64,000 bases of DNA, taken from contig CAZFRF010000001.1 of NCBI GenBank assembly GCA_964521295.1, forward strand, positions 7,751 to 71,750, read 5' to 3'. The notes beneath the pieces were generated by a model. It had not been told where the DNA came from and did no database searches. It saw nothing but the letters and a program-made list of their open reading frames with translations. The stretch is from an uncultured Gammaproteobacteria bacterium (lineage in GTDB: Bacteria > Patescibacteriota > Microgenomatia > Levybacterales > UBA12049). Below are positions 47,980-57,025 of the stretch, piece by piece; positions within the stretch are counted from its first letter, which is position 1, and every line of letters begins with the position of its first letter. The position numbers and the translations under genes were made by a program.

Positions 47980-49029
47980 ATGCAGATAAAAATTCCTAAA
48001 ATCATACAGGTTGGGTTAGTGGTAATTGTCATTAGTATAAGTGTAGGTGTATTCTATTTTTTAAATTCCCAAAAGATAAATAAGATATCCACACAGGTTA
48101 CTAATCAGGTAGCTACAAATTTAAATTTTCCTTTTTTTGAACTGACTATTCCTGGGCTAAGGCAAAAAAAGTATGAGAGTAAGCTGGGTAATCTTGAAAA
48201 ATATTCAACTGGTGTAAATTACACTGCTTATCTTACTTCCTATATTTCAGAAGGAAATAAAATTAATGGACTTCTTACTATTCCCAATGGTGAAAAACCA
48301 GTTGGTGGTTGGAAAGCGATTGTTTTTGTCCATGGATACATTCCACCCTCGCAATATTCAACAACCCAAAAATATGAGGCATATGTTGATTATTTAGCTA
48401 GAAATAACTTTGTAGTTTTTAAAATAGATCTAAGAGGGCATGGGGAGAGTGAGGGGCAAGCTAGAGGAGGTTATTATTCTCCTGATTATGTAATAGATAC
48501 TTTAAATGCCAGAGCTGCTTTGCAAAATACAGATTTTGTTAATCCCGAGCAAGTTGGTTTATGGGGACATTCTATGGCAGGAAACGTAGTTAGTAGGGCA
48601 ATAGCTGTTAAGACTGATATTCCTGCAGTTGTTATTTGGGGTGGTGCTGTTTATTCATATTCTGATATGCAAAAATATGGTATTTCCGATAATAGCTACA
48701 GGCCTCCGCAAGATGCAAATCGAAACACATCTTTTAGAGCAATGATTAATAATAAGTATGGTCAATTTGATCCAAGTAGCGAGTTTTGGAGCAAGGTTCC
48801 GATGACAAATTATCTAAATGATATTCAGGCTGCAATCTCATTAAATCATGCAATAGACGATGACGTTGTAGATATTGGTTATAGTCGGGATCTAAATGCA
48901 TTACTCGATAAAACCAATATTGTTCATGAGTTAAATGAATATCCAAGCGGAGGACATAATATTAGTGGAATATATTTCTCACAGGCAATGCAAAACACTG
49001 TTAATTTTTTTAATAAATATTTAAACTAA
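47980..49029 (+). CDS. Membrane-anchored alpha/beta hydrolase (dienelactone hydrolase/S9-like)
   Basis: N-terminal TM helix; GHSMAG nucleophile elbow; catalytic Asp/His candidates downstream. Confidence 0.7.
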   Translation: MQIKIPKIIQVGLVVIVISISVGVFYFLNSQKINKISTQVTNQVATNLNFPFFELTIPGLRQKKYESKLGNLEKYSTGVNYTAYLTSYISEGNKINGLLTIPNGEKPVGGWKAIVFVHGYIPPSQYSTTQKYEAYVDYLARNNFVVFKIDLRGHGESEGQARGGYYSPDYVIDTLNARAALQNTDFVNPEQVGLWGHSMAGNVVSRAIAVKTDIPAVVIWGGAVYSYSDMQKYGISDNSYRPPQDANRNTSFRAMINNKYGQFDPSSEFWSKVPMTNYLNDIQAAISLNHAIDDDVVDIGYSRDLNALLDKTNIVHELNEYPSGGHNISGIYFSQAMQNTVNFFNKYLN

Positions 49030-49035
49030 GTTTAT

Positions 49036-49063
49036 TTGACATTAATTTCTTAAAAGCTATAAT
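49036..49063 (+). promoter_or_regulatory. Consensus promoter TTGACA-16-TATAAT, 6 nt from the ATG (leaderless)
   Basis: Read directly from the sequence. Confidence 0.5.
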
Positions 49064-49069
49064 ATCTGC

Positions 49070-49495
49070 ATGAAATCCCCAGAAAGATATATGGATCCCA
49101 GATTCAATGATTTTACCGAAATGGCAGAGAGGGCGAATGTTTTATATAAGCAATCTCGGGCAGAAACGGGTAAAAATGATTTTAGAAGTCGATTTTTAGC
49201 AGAATCATCAGCTTGGTATGGAGAGCGAGCATTCGTACTAGCCAATCGATTTGGTATTGCAGATTTTATAAGTAATATTATTGCTAGAGACGCTCTCATT
49301 GCCTATTTCAATGCAGGTTTACCAGCTGAGGTTTTAAGATTTGGAAATTTTGCAAAAGAAGCAGTTGGAGATACTTTATTTACAAAAAGCATTGAACCAT
49401 ACTTAAATGCATCTATTGGCAATTTGCCTCCAGGGATTTCTCGAGTTGTTGCTTCTACGGGAGTAAAGCATCCACTATCTCCAACTTTACTTTAA
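49070..49495 (+). CDS. Hypothetical protein, atypical composition
   Basis: ORF plus promoter. Confidence 0.4.
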   Translation: MKSPERYMDPRFNDFTEMAERANVLYKQSRAETGKNDFRSRFLAESSAWYGERAFVLANRFGIADFISNIIARDALIAYFNAGLPAEVLRFGNFAKEAVGDTLFTKSIEPYLNASIGNLPPGISRVVASTGVKHPLSPTLL

Positions 49496-49501
49496 GATTA
49501 G

Positions 49502-49529
49502 TTGACAATATTTTGGATGAGTATATAAT
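49502..49529 (+). promoter_or_regulatory. Consensus promoter TTGACA-16-TATAAT
   Basis: Read directly from the sequence; the ATG follows 11 nt downstream with no SD. Confidence 0.5.
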
Positions 49530-49540
49530 TCAAATTTAAT

Positions 49541-49834
49541 ATGGCGGAAATTATTAGACGAGGAAAAGGAATATTGCCAAGGCGAGAAATTGGATCTGGA
49601 GGCGATTTGTCTCGACCACAGATAAAATTTACTAGGCTTTTAGGTTTTACGCAGGATGATCTCAGGTTAATAGGTGGTGGAGATTTAGCCGTTGGAGTAG
49701 CGAGGTATTTTGAGGAAATGAATCGATTGCTGCAAGCTGGCGAATTAACTTCGGGTGGAAGAATATTTGGTGCAGAATTAGATGCATTAAGGTCTAATCT
49801 TATACCTCCAGTCATTAAAGACGTAGAAAATTAA
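49541..49834 (+). CDS. Hypothetical Gly/Arg-rich protein (97 aa)
   Basis: ORF plus promoter. Confidence 0.4.
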   Translation: MAEIIRRGKGILPRREIGSGGDLSRPQIKFTRLLGFTQDDLRLIGGGDLAVGVARYFEEMNRLLQAGELTSGGRIFGAELDALRSNLIPPVIKDVEN

Positions 49835-49933
49835 TCTTTATAGTTTTTCTTCTTATCTCTTTCTTACAATTGTTTAATTTCAGTTTTACTCATGCAGTAT
49901 AGAGTGTATTTATGATGAAAGGAGGTGGGATAA

Positions 49934-50134
49934 ATGTTAGATAATTCTAATCTACAACAAAATGATTCTGATTTGGATACCAGAGCGGACAAAAGAGGTT
50001 TTGCTTCAATGGATCCGGATAGGCAAAGAGAGATCGCCTCAAAAGGAGGAAAAGCATCCCATAGAAGCGGTAATGCGCATGAATGGGATAGCGCTGAAGC
50101 CAAAGAAGCGGGCCGAAAAGGCGGAAGCCGCTAG
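49934..50134 (+). CDS. KGG-repeat general stress protein (YciG/GsiB-like)
   Basis: RGFASMDPDRQREIASKGGKASH...EAGRKGGS repeats; SD AAAGGAGGTGGG upstream. Confidence 0.7.
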   Translation: MLDNSNLQQNDSDLDTRADKRGFASMDPDRQREIASKGGKASHRSGNAHEWDSAEAKEAGRKGGSR

Positions 50135-50157
50135 TTTTAGCTAATTTATGCTGGGGC

Positions 50158-50679
50158 CTATGGAGTCATTTGTTCCATAGGCGAATTCATTAATAACTTA
50201 TTTACAAACTTCTGATTAACATTTTTATTTGATAAGAAAGCTGAGAAAATAGCACACGTTTTAAGTAAGGAGTTATTTATGAGATTTAAGTCACTATTAT
50301 CAATTTCTACAAAGATATTAAATACACCGTAAGGATCTTTTTTCCAGTTCCATGAAGTATTTCCGGAAAAAGTTGCTTCGTTTTGACCGTGTAAAATTTT
50401 TTCCTCACAGAGTTTTTCTAGTAAAATATGCTCAAATAGATGACCAAGTTCAGTGTTAGCGATTTCAATATTAAAAGGTAAATTTTCCGCATTATAGCAA
50501 TCGGATTGGAGGATAGTGGGTAGATTATTTTTAAAGTAAGAATATGTATGAAGTAATTTTTGAGTATTCACATATGGAGTAAGCATTATGAGTTTAATTG
50601 CGATACTATTGCCTTTTATTTTTAATTCCAGTTTATAATTATCAAATAAAATCATGTTAACTTCTAACATTATAAACAT
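50158..50679 (-). CDS. Hypothetical protein
   Basis: 173-aa ORF convergent with the KGG gene. Confidence 0.4.
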   Translation of the reverse strand: MFIMLEVNMILFDNYKLELKIKGNSIAIKLIMLTPYVNTQKLLHTYSYFKNNLPTILQSDCYNAENLPFNIEIANTELGHLFEHILLEKLCEEKILHGQNEATFSGNTSWNWKKDPYGVFNIFVEIDNSDLNLINNSLLKTCAIFSAFLSNKNVNQKFVNKLLMNSPMEQMTP

Positions 50680-50754
50680 ATAAAATTTACAAATGCAAGC
50701 TCAGCAGTAGATATTATAGGTTATTGTCGAGTTGTATATTTTTATGAAATAAAT

Positions 50755-50971
50755 TTGACTTTAAGCCTATAAGTGCTAAAATACTGAAGGCTAAGATGAC
50801 ATGACAAGTCGGAGCTCTAGGAAGAAAAGCAAATCTGCTAATTAGAACCTAGCGGGAAGTTCCCGAAATAGAACATAAGCGCAAAAAACGCTAGATTATA
50901 AAGTAAGGTGGTACAGCGTAAATCGCCCTTACAAGATACTAAAATTTGGTATTTTGTGAGGGTTTTTTATT
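50755..50971 (+). promoter_or_regulatory. PEPC leader: promoter TTGACT-16-TAAAAT followed by a ~180-nt RNA with a terminator/antiterminator expression platform
   Basis: Promoter at 50755-50782. Terminator stem CCCUUACAA(50926-50934)/UUGUGAGGG(50954-62) is 9 bp including one GU, followed by U6 (50963-68) directly before the ATG at 50972. The competing stem GUAAGG(50903-08)/CCUUAC(50927-32) overlaps the terminator 5' arm. The only SD-like GAGGG lies in the terminator 3' arm. Confidence 0.45.
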
Positions 50972-52480
50972 ATGAAAAAAAGAAAGATTCCAGCGACAAT
51001 GGTAACGCAGCATCCTGATCATGCTTCTAAACCGTATTGGCATTATAGGGCATATATAACGACCGAATACGAATCAAAAGAGGCTTATTTGTCGTTTGCT
51101 GAGTTAAATGCAACTGAATACAAGTGGGATTGGGAAGGTAAATTAGTTGATGAATCTGTTGTTGAAAGGTTTTTTGGAGAGCATTTTGAGTACTTCTCAA
51201 AAAATCCATTAGGAGAAGAAAAATTCTTAACCTTTAGGCTTCCAAATCCAAGAGTCGAAACAGAATTTAGGCTTTTAAGAGCGTTTATTAATATGGCCAG
51301 TGCTGGTTCAGTTGCTAAGCATTTTGGATTTACTAAGCCACCAATTTTTGAAGTAATTTTGCCCTTAACAGAAACTGCTGAGGAGATGTTGTCTTTGCAA
51401 GAAGCATTTGCCCAGATTCATAGTTTAAAACATCCCTTATTTAGATTAGAAGGTTTTTTAACCAATTTAAGAGTTATACCGCTTTTTGAAGATGTAACTA
51501 CTATTATTAATTCAGATAAAATCTTAGAAAAATATTTAAAGATATATAAAAAAAGGTTTAAAAAACTCCCTCCATATATGAGGCCATATGTAGCAAGATC
51601 TGATCCGGCTTTAAACAGTGGGTTAATTCCAACAGTTTTAGCGATTAAGATTGCCTTATCTCGTTTTAAAAAGCTGGAGAAAAAATTAAAAATTCCACTT
51701 TATCCTGTTATAGGTGCTGGGAGTTTGCCTTTTAGAGGTGGGATAAATCCAGAAAGTGTTGTTGATTTTGCAAATGAATATAAAGGTATAAGAACTGTAA
51801 CTATTCAGAGTGCTTTTAGATATGATTACCCTTTGCCAAAAGTTAAGGCCGCAATTGAATATTTAGAAACTAATTTAGTAAAACAAAAAGCAATAAATAT
51901 TTCTGAAAAAGAAGAAAAAGAGTTGCTTGGTTTAATAAGTGAGGGAAGTAAGCTTTATAAAAATTTAATTTCTGAAATAGCTCCAATAGTTAATTTAGTT
52001 TCCCAATATATTCCTCAGCGAAGAGAGAGATTTCAACATATTGGTTTGTTTGGATATTCTAGAGGAGAAAAAGGTGTGAAGTTGCCTAGAGCAATCTCAT
52101 TTACTGGTTCAATGTATTCATTAGGCATACCTCCGGAACTATTAGCCAGCGGTAAGTTAATCGAATATGCAATCAAAACTAAGAAAATCAAAGTTTTGGA
52201 AAAATATTATGTAAATATGCAAAAAGATTTAATAAAGTCTGGAAAGTATTTGAATAAAGAAAATTTAGTAATTCTTTCTCATAAATCATTAGTATTTAGC
52301 GAGATTTTAGAAAGTGTAGACTTAATTGAAAAATATTTAGGTAAAAAATTAGGTCCAACTACAATTTCAGAAAAAAAACATTCTTTATTATCTAAGAAGC
52401 TGTTGGAAAATGTTAAAAATAAGGAGTTAGCTAAGAAATATCTAAAGCAAGCAGCTCGATTAAGAAGGAGTATGGGTTAA
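50972..52480 (+). CDS. Archaeal-type phosphoenolpyruvate carboxylase (PEPcase type 2)
   Basis: N-terminal KIPATMVTQHPDH motif characteristic of archaeal-type PEPC; ~500 aa. Confidence 0.78.
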   Translation: MKKRKIPATMVTQHPDHASKPYWHYRAYITTEYESKEAYLSFAELNATEYKWDWEGKLVDESVVERFFGEHFEYFSKNPLGEEKFLTFRLPNPRVETEFRLLRAFINMASAGSVAKHFGFTKPPIFEVILPLTETAEEMLSLQEAFAQIHSLKHPLFRLEGFLTNLRVIPLFEDVTTIINSDKILEKYLKIYKKRFKKLPPYMRPYVARSDPALNSGLIPTVLAIKIALSRFKKLEKKLKIPLYPVIGAGSLPFRGGINPESVVDFANEYKGIRTVTIQSAFRYDYPLPKVKAAIEYLETNLVKQKAINISEKEEKELLGLISEGSKLYKNLISEIAPIVNLVSQYIPQRRERFQHIGLFGYSRGEKGVKLPRAISFTGSMYSLGIPPELLASGKLIEYAIKTKKIKVLEKYYVNMQKDLIKSGKYLNKENLVILSHKSLVFSEILESVDLIEKYLGKKLGPTTISEKKHSLLSKKLLENVKNKELAKKYLKQAARLRRSMG

Positions 52481-52481
52481 T

Positions 52482-53225
52482 ATGAATACTGAATGGGAAA
52501 GACATAAAAGAGCAGGAAGAATAATCGGAGGATTAGGCCGAAATGCAGATGTTCCGCCTCCACATAGTAGTCAGGGATGGGAGATTGGTGGTTCAAGCAT
52601 TAAAGTTGATGGTACTCATTTTCCATTGAGAAGGGGTATGCTTGAGATGGAGCTAGTAACAAAACCGGAAATATCGAAAATTAATTGGCTGGGAATAATG
52701 CCAAATATGCTTATGCCTGGCCATGGTGGAGAATACACGGTATATGGATTAGGCTTTCTTTTGGGAGAGCTACCTGCAAAGTTTACCTGCGGAACTCCTG
52801 ATATAAAAAAAATAATTGCTGAATATAGAGAAGGATCAAGTATAGAAATGGGTTTTAGAGATGGGGAAGAGAGGCAATACGATTTAAAGCATCAAAGAGA
52901 CCAGATGTTTTTTGCCATGGATTTTGCAACACCTGGTCAGGAAGATCATGTCTCTAGATTAACAATGAGAGGAAGAAATATTGGCGGTAATCCAAGCGCA
53001 TATACTTTAGACGTTCGATATCCAGATGAGGCTCTCGAAGGTGTAAGCGTATCGCTTTCCATTATTAATAGTCCTTTGAGTTATTTAAATTGGAATCCTA
53101 ATTTATTGCAATGGATTATTGAGCATCATTATTACAGTGGTCATGTAGAAAATCCTGCACTTTCTGCATTAGGTCTAGCTCCGTTAGTGCAGCAGGAAGT
53201 AAGAGCTGCGGTTAAAAACAAATAA
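52482..53225 (+). CDS. Hypothetical protein, atypical composition, translationally coupled to PEPC
   Basis: Start is 2 nt after the PEPC stop, with SD AGGAGT. Confidence 0.45.
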   Translation: MNTEWERHKRAGRIIGGLGRNADVPPPHSSQGWEIGGSSIKVDGTHFPLRRGMLEMELVTKPEISKINWLGIMPNMLMPGHGGEYTVYGLGFLLGELPAKFTCGTPDIKKIIAEYREGSSIEMGFRDGEERQYDLKHQRDQMFFAMDFATPGQEDHVSRLTMRGRNIGGNPSAYTLDVRYPDEALEGVSVSLSIINSPLSYLNWNPNLLQWIIEHHYYSGHVENPALSALGLAPLVQQEVRAAVKNK

Positions 53226-53226
53226 T

Positions 53227-53538
53227 TTATCTTAAGAAAAAAAGAAGTCCCAGAGAAAAGAGGGTAAAGATAAACATGAATAAAAAAGTATAGACTAGTA
53301 GATAAATTGCTTCTTTTTTCTTTCCATCAATATACATCAATACAGGTTTCCCCAATACTAAAAAAGAAGTAAGACCTGCTGAGAAGACAAAAAGCATCAA
53401 TAGGGCAATGGGTGCAAGAAAAACATTTGCTTTTCCTAATTTAATACTTCCTGCATAGAATATAAAAAGACCAATTGCATATACATATAAAGTGGTAAGA
53501 AGTGAGTTGAGAAGAGCCCATTTCCAGATTCTATTCAT
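53227..53538 (-). CDS. Small integral membrane protein (3 TM helices)
   Basis: Hydrophobic ORF. Confidence 0.4.
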   Translation of the reverse strand: MNRIWKWALLNSLLTTLYVYAIGLFIFYAGSIKLGKANVFLAPIALLMLFVFSAGLTSFLVLGKPVLMYIDGKKKEAIYLLVYTFLFMFIFTLFSLGLLFFLR

Positions 53539-53621
53539 GGATTAAGTATACCATTTAATTGCAAGTTTTAATTGACACTGAATTTCAAAAGGAGTAATCT
53601 CAGGTGAGAGGAGGTGAGATT

Positions 53622-53792
53622 ATGAAGCAGCAAGCAAGTAGTGGAGCCATTTATGGAACTGGAGTAATTGGTGCATTAATATATTTTTTAACTCATGCCC
53701 AAGGTTTTCAGGGAATGATTTTTGGTATTATCCAAGCATTTTTTTGGCCAGGAGTATTAGTATATAAAGCTTTAGAACTTTTAAAAATATAA
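53622..53792 (+). CDS. Small (56 aa) two-TM membrane protein
   Basis: SD GGAGG 7 nt upstream of the ATG at 53622; the listed start 53604 is a GTG inside the SD. Confidence 0.4.
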   Translation: MKQQASSGAIYGTGVIGALIYFLTHAQGFQGMIFGIIQAFFWPGVLVYKALELLKI

Positions 53793-53831
53793 AAGTTGAC
53801 AGAGTAAGCTATATATGTCTTACTAAATTAA

Positions 53832-56800
53832 ATGGAAGAGAATCCATCAAAATTGAATTTATTTTTTTCGCAGGTAAAGTCTTTTTTTACTTCGAATAGT
53901 CTTTTATTTAAATTCCTCCCGGTTCTAGTTTTAGGTTTAGCCATTCCTGCGACAGTATATTTATCTCAACAACAACAAAGTATTCGAAACTTTGCAGCTG
54001 AGACAGTTAAGCCAGAAGTTAAAAAAGAACCAGAATTTTTCGGATACATTGTTGAATTTAAGTCTCAGCCATCAGTTAAATCTACTGCAGGTAAATTAAC
54101 ATCTAAATTAGTCGATAACGATTCAATTGCGTCTTTAAGGAACGCAAACACCTCTTTATTAAGGGAGCATCAGGAAATTAAAAAAGATCTTTTAGCAAGA
54201 ATAGGAAAAAATTCTTTTGACTTAGATAAGATAAAAAAAGGAGATAAGAAAGTTAAATTACTTGGGGAATATACAACTTCTTTTAATGGTATAGCAATTG
54301 ATGCTGATGAGGATCAAATTGCAAAAATTAAAAGTTCTCCACAAGTTAAAGCAGTCCATAAAAATTATGCAGTAAAGGCAAATTTAATGGATTCGGTGCC
54401 ACTTATTGGAGTAGATAGAGTTTGGCAGTCTGTCAAAGATAAAATCGATGGCAGTCCTGTAACGGGTAAGGGAATAAACATAGCTGTTTTAGATTCAGGA
54501 GTGGATTATGCTCATCCTGATTTGGGCGGAACGAATCTACAGGAGAGAAATTTTATAAAAATTAATAATACTCCTGTTAAAACAATTGCAAGTGTCATGG
54601 AGGAACAATTATTTTCTTATGACGGAGACAAGGTTGCTTATTCTTCGGGAAACAATAAGGTTTCTATTTATTCATTCTCTACAGGTAAAACCCAAACAGT
54701 AGACGTAGAAACAAATCTTTCTGGATCTGGAATTACAACTCTTCTTTTAAGAGGTGATAATTTATTTATAAACTTTTTATATTCTGGTCCCGGGAGCGCA
54801 ATTTATTATAAAAATTTAACCACAGGTGAATTTAAAAAAGTAACTAATATTACTTCTGCAGATGGTTATTTGCCGATAAGTTCCAGAATGAATTATTATA
54901 ATGGAAAACTTTATTATGAAAATAATCCTGGTACGCTTTCAGAAGAAGGAACTTCCTTGCAAAGCATCTATTCTTATGATGTTGCAACTTCAACTAATTC
55001 ACTTCTTATTGATGTTCAATCACATGGTTTCGTAATGCTTGATATATCAGGCGATAAATTAATCTATAGAAAAGGTTTAGGTGGATACGATAATCCAAAT
55101 AGAGTTATAGTTTACAATCTTTCTTCTGGAGTAAGTCAAGAGTTACCAATGCAAAATGTAAGGCGAGTACAGGATATAAAAGGAGATTATATTTTATACA
55201 ATGAGTACGCTTACGGAGATAGATATCATTATTATAATATTGTAACTAGAGAAGATAAAGTTATTGAATATCCAAATCTAACTCAATATCAAAACTCCCA
55301 AGTTTCAGATAATAATACTCAAAATGTAGGTTTTAAGTTTGATAGTGGTAATTTAGGATCAATCGGTGACGGAATAATCTTTTTTGAAAAAACAAGGAAT
55401 GAAGAATTAATAGCTGCATATGATTTGTCTCTAAATCGTTATGTAATCTTAAATTTAAAATTACCCATTAAAACAATTCAAGTACAAGGAAAAAAGATGT
55501 GTTTTTCTACAGAGACACAATTTGATGCATTTAGCACTTCTAATATTTATTGTCATGATTATGATGCTTCTTTTGCCTATCCTATGCCTGCGAATGTTTT
55601 CAACACCAAGGTTGTAGGTGGTTATAATTTTATTGAAAATAACAATAATCCTCTAGATGATAATATGCATGGTACTCATGTTTCAGAAATAATTGCTGGA
55701 AATGGGGCTCTTAAGGGAATTGCGCCAGACGCAAAAATTGTTGCATATAAAGTATTAAATAAAGGAGGAGTTGGAAGTTTTAGCGATATAATTTCAGCTT
55801 TAGATAGGGCTATTGCAACAAGAACAGATTCTGATTCGAATAATGATATTGATGTTATTAATTTAAGTTTGGGTGGATATTGTTCAATTCCGTATACAGC
55901 AGATTGTGGTCCAGAAGATCCAGCTTCAACTGCGGTGAATAATGCTGTTGATGCGGGGATAGTAGTCGTCGTTGCTGCCGGTAATGATGGTCCACTTGCA
56001 AGTACAATTGGAACTCCTGGATTAGCTGAAAAAGCTATTACAGTTGGAGCAGTTGATAAGAAAAAAGAAGTTACTAGTTTTAGCTCTCGAGGTCCGGTAA
56101 TTTTAAACGGTCATAATTTTCACAAGCCAGATATTCTAGCTCCAGGTAAAGAAATTTGTTCTGCAACTCTATACGGGTTTGGTTTTTATCCGTCTAAAAC
56201 TTGTGCACCTGGAAGTTATATTTCAATGAGCGGCACAAGTATGGCAGCTCCCCATATTGCTGGTATTGCAGCTTTGATTTTACAGTTGCATCCAGATTGG
56301 ACGCCGCAACAAGTAAAAGATGCTATAAAAAATAGCGCAGATGACCTACATCTTGGGGAAGATATGCAGGGAGCAGGTTTGGTCAATACTCTTAAAATAT
56401 TTAACGCTCAAACTTCATCACCAACACCTACGCCTGAGCTTAAAATAACAAGAATAGTTGCAAATCAAGATGCTTATGTAAATAAAAATACTCCAAGTAA
56501 GAATTTTGGAAAAACTAATACGCTTTTACTAGACAATAATCCACGAAGTATAGGATATTTAAAATTTGATTTAACTAAACTCGCTGGAAAGCAGATTAAA
56601 AGTATAAAACTTGTTTTAACAGTTTCAAAAAATTCAGCTTCATATAAAAATGGTGGGGCAGATATTTATGTAACAAGTAATAATTGGCAAGAGGCTAAGA
56701 TTAATTTTAATAATAAACCTGCACTCGGAACATATGTATATCGTTACATTAATTTAGTAAAAAGTAATACTTCTTTTACGCTTAATTTGACAAATGAATT

Positions 56801-56927
56801 GAAGCAATATGCAGGACAAGTATTATCACTATCTTTAAGTCCTGTTTATAATTTTAATCCTGGTTTGTATGTAAATTCTTCTGAAGCAGTAACTGGAAAG
56901 CCTACTTTAATTATTGAATATCGATAA
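53832..56927 (+). CDS. Subtilisin-like S8 serine protease, 1031 aa, with a large insertion between catalytic Asp and His
   Basis: Asp motif AVLDSGVDYAHPDL, His motif HGTHVSEIIAG, Ser motif GTSMAAPHIAGIAAL. About 350 aa of propeller-like repeats separate D and H; C-terminal beta-rich extension; N-terminal signal anchor. Confidence 0.85.
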   Translation: MEENPSKLNLFFSQVKSFFTSNSLLFKFLPVLVLGLAIPATVYLSQQQQSIRNFAAETVKPEVKKEPEFFGYIVEFKSQPSVKSTAGKLTSKLVDNDSIASLRNANTSLLREHQEIKKDLLARIGKNSFDLDKIKKGDKKVKLLGEYTTSFNGIAIDADEDQIAKIKSSPQVKAVHKNYAVKANLMDSVPLIGVDRVWQSVKDKIDGSPVTGKGINIAVLDSGVDYAHPDLGGTNLQERNFIKINNTPVKTIASVMEEQLFSYDGDKVAYSSGNNKVSIYSFSTGKTQTVDVETNLSGSGITTLLLRGDNLFINFLYSGPGSAIYYKNLTTGEFKKVTNITSADGYLPISSRMNYYNGKLYYENNPGTLSEEGTSLQSIYSYDVATSTNSLLIDVQSHGFVMLDISGDKLIYRKGLGGYDNPNRVIVYNLSSGVSQELPMQNVRRVQDIKGDYILYNEYAYGDRYHYYNIVTREDKVIEYPNLTQYQNSQVSDNNTQNVGFKFDSGNLGSIGDGIIFFEKTRNEELIAAYDLSLNRYVILNLKLPIKTIQVQGKKMCFSTETQFDAFSTSNIYCHDYDASFAYPMPANVFNTKVVGGYNFIENNNNPLDDNMHGTHVSEIIAGNGALKGIAPDAKIVAYKVLNKGGVGSFSDIISALDRAIATRTDSDSNNDIDVINLSLGGYCSIPYTADCGPEDPASTAVNNAVDAGIVVVVAAGNDGPLASTIGTPGLAEKAITVGAVDKKKEVTSFSSRGPVILNGHNFHKPDILAPGKEICSATLYGFGFYPSKTCAPGSYISMSGTSMAAPHIAGIAALILQLHPDWTPQQVKDAIKNSADDLHLGEDMQGAGLVNTLKIFNAQTSSPTPTPELKITRIVANQDAYVNKNTPSKNFGKTNTLLLDNNPRSIGYLKFDLTKLAGKQIKSIKLVLTVSKNSASYKNGGADIYVTSNNWQEAKINFNNKPALGTYVYRYINLVKSNTSFTLNLTNELKQYAGQVLSLSLSPVYNFNPGLYVNSSEAVTGKPTLIIEYR

Positions 56928-57025
56928 TTTTCTTAATTTGATTTTACTTTAATATTATTTTATTCCTATTTTTGCCTATTAAGATTAATTAATGATTAAA
57001 AAGTTTTTACTAAATCCAAGAATAA

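Noticed and set aside
49864-50144. ORFs 49864(-) and 49962(+) overlapping the KGG stress gene
   Set aside because: Alternative frames; the 49934 frame has the KGG repeats and a strong SD.
50790-50970. Possibility that the PEPC leader is an independent sRNA (6S-like, SRP or tmRNA)
   Set aside because: No 5'/3' closing stem as in 6S, no SRP domain-IV motif, no tRNA-like end. The terminator abutting the ATG favours a cis-acting leader, though an sRNA is not excluded.
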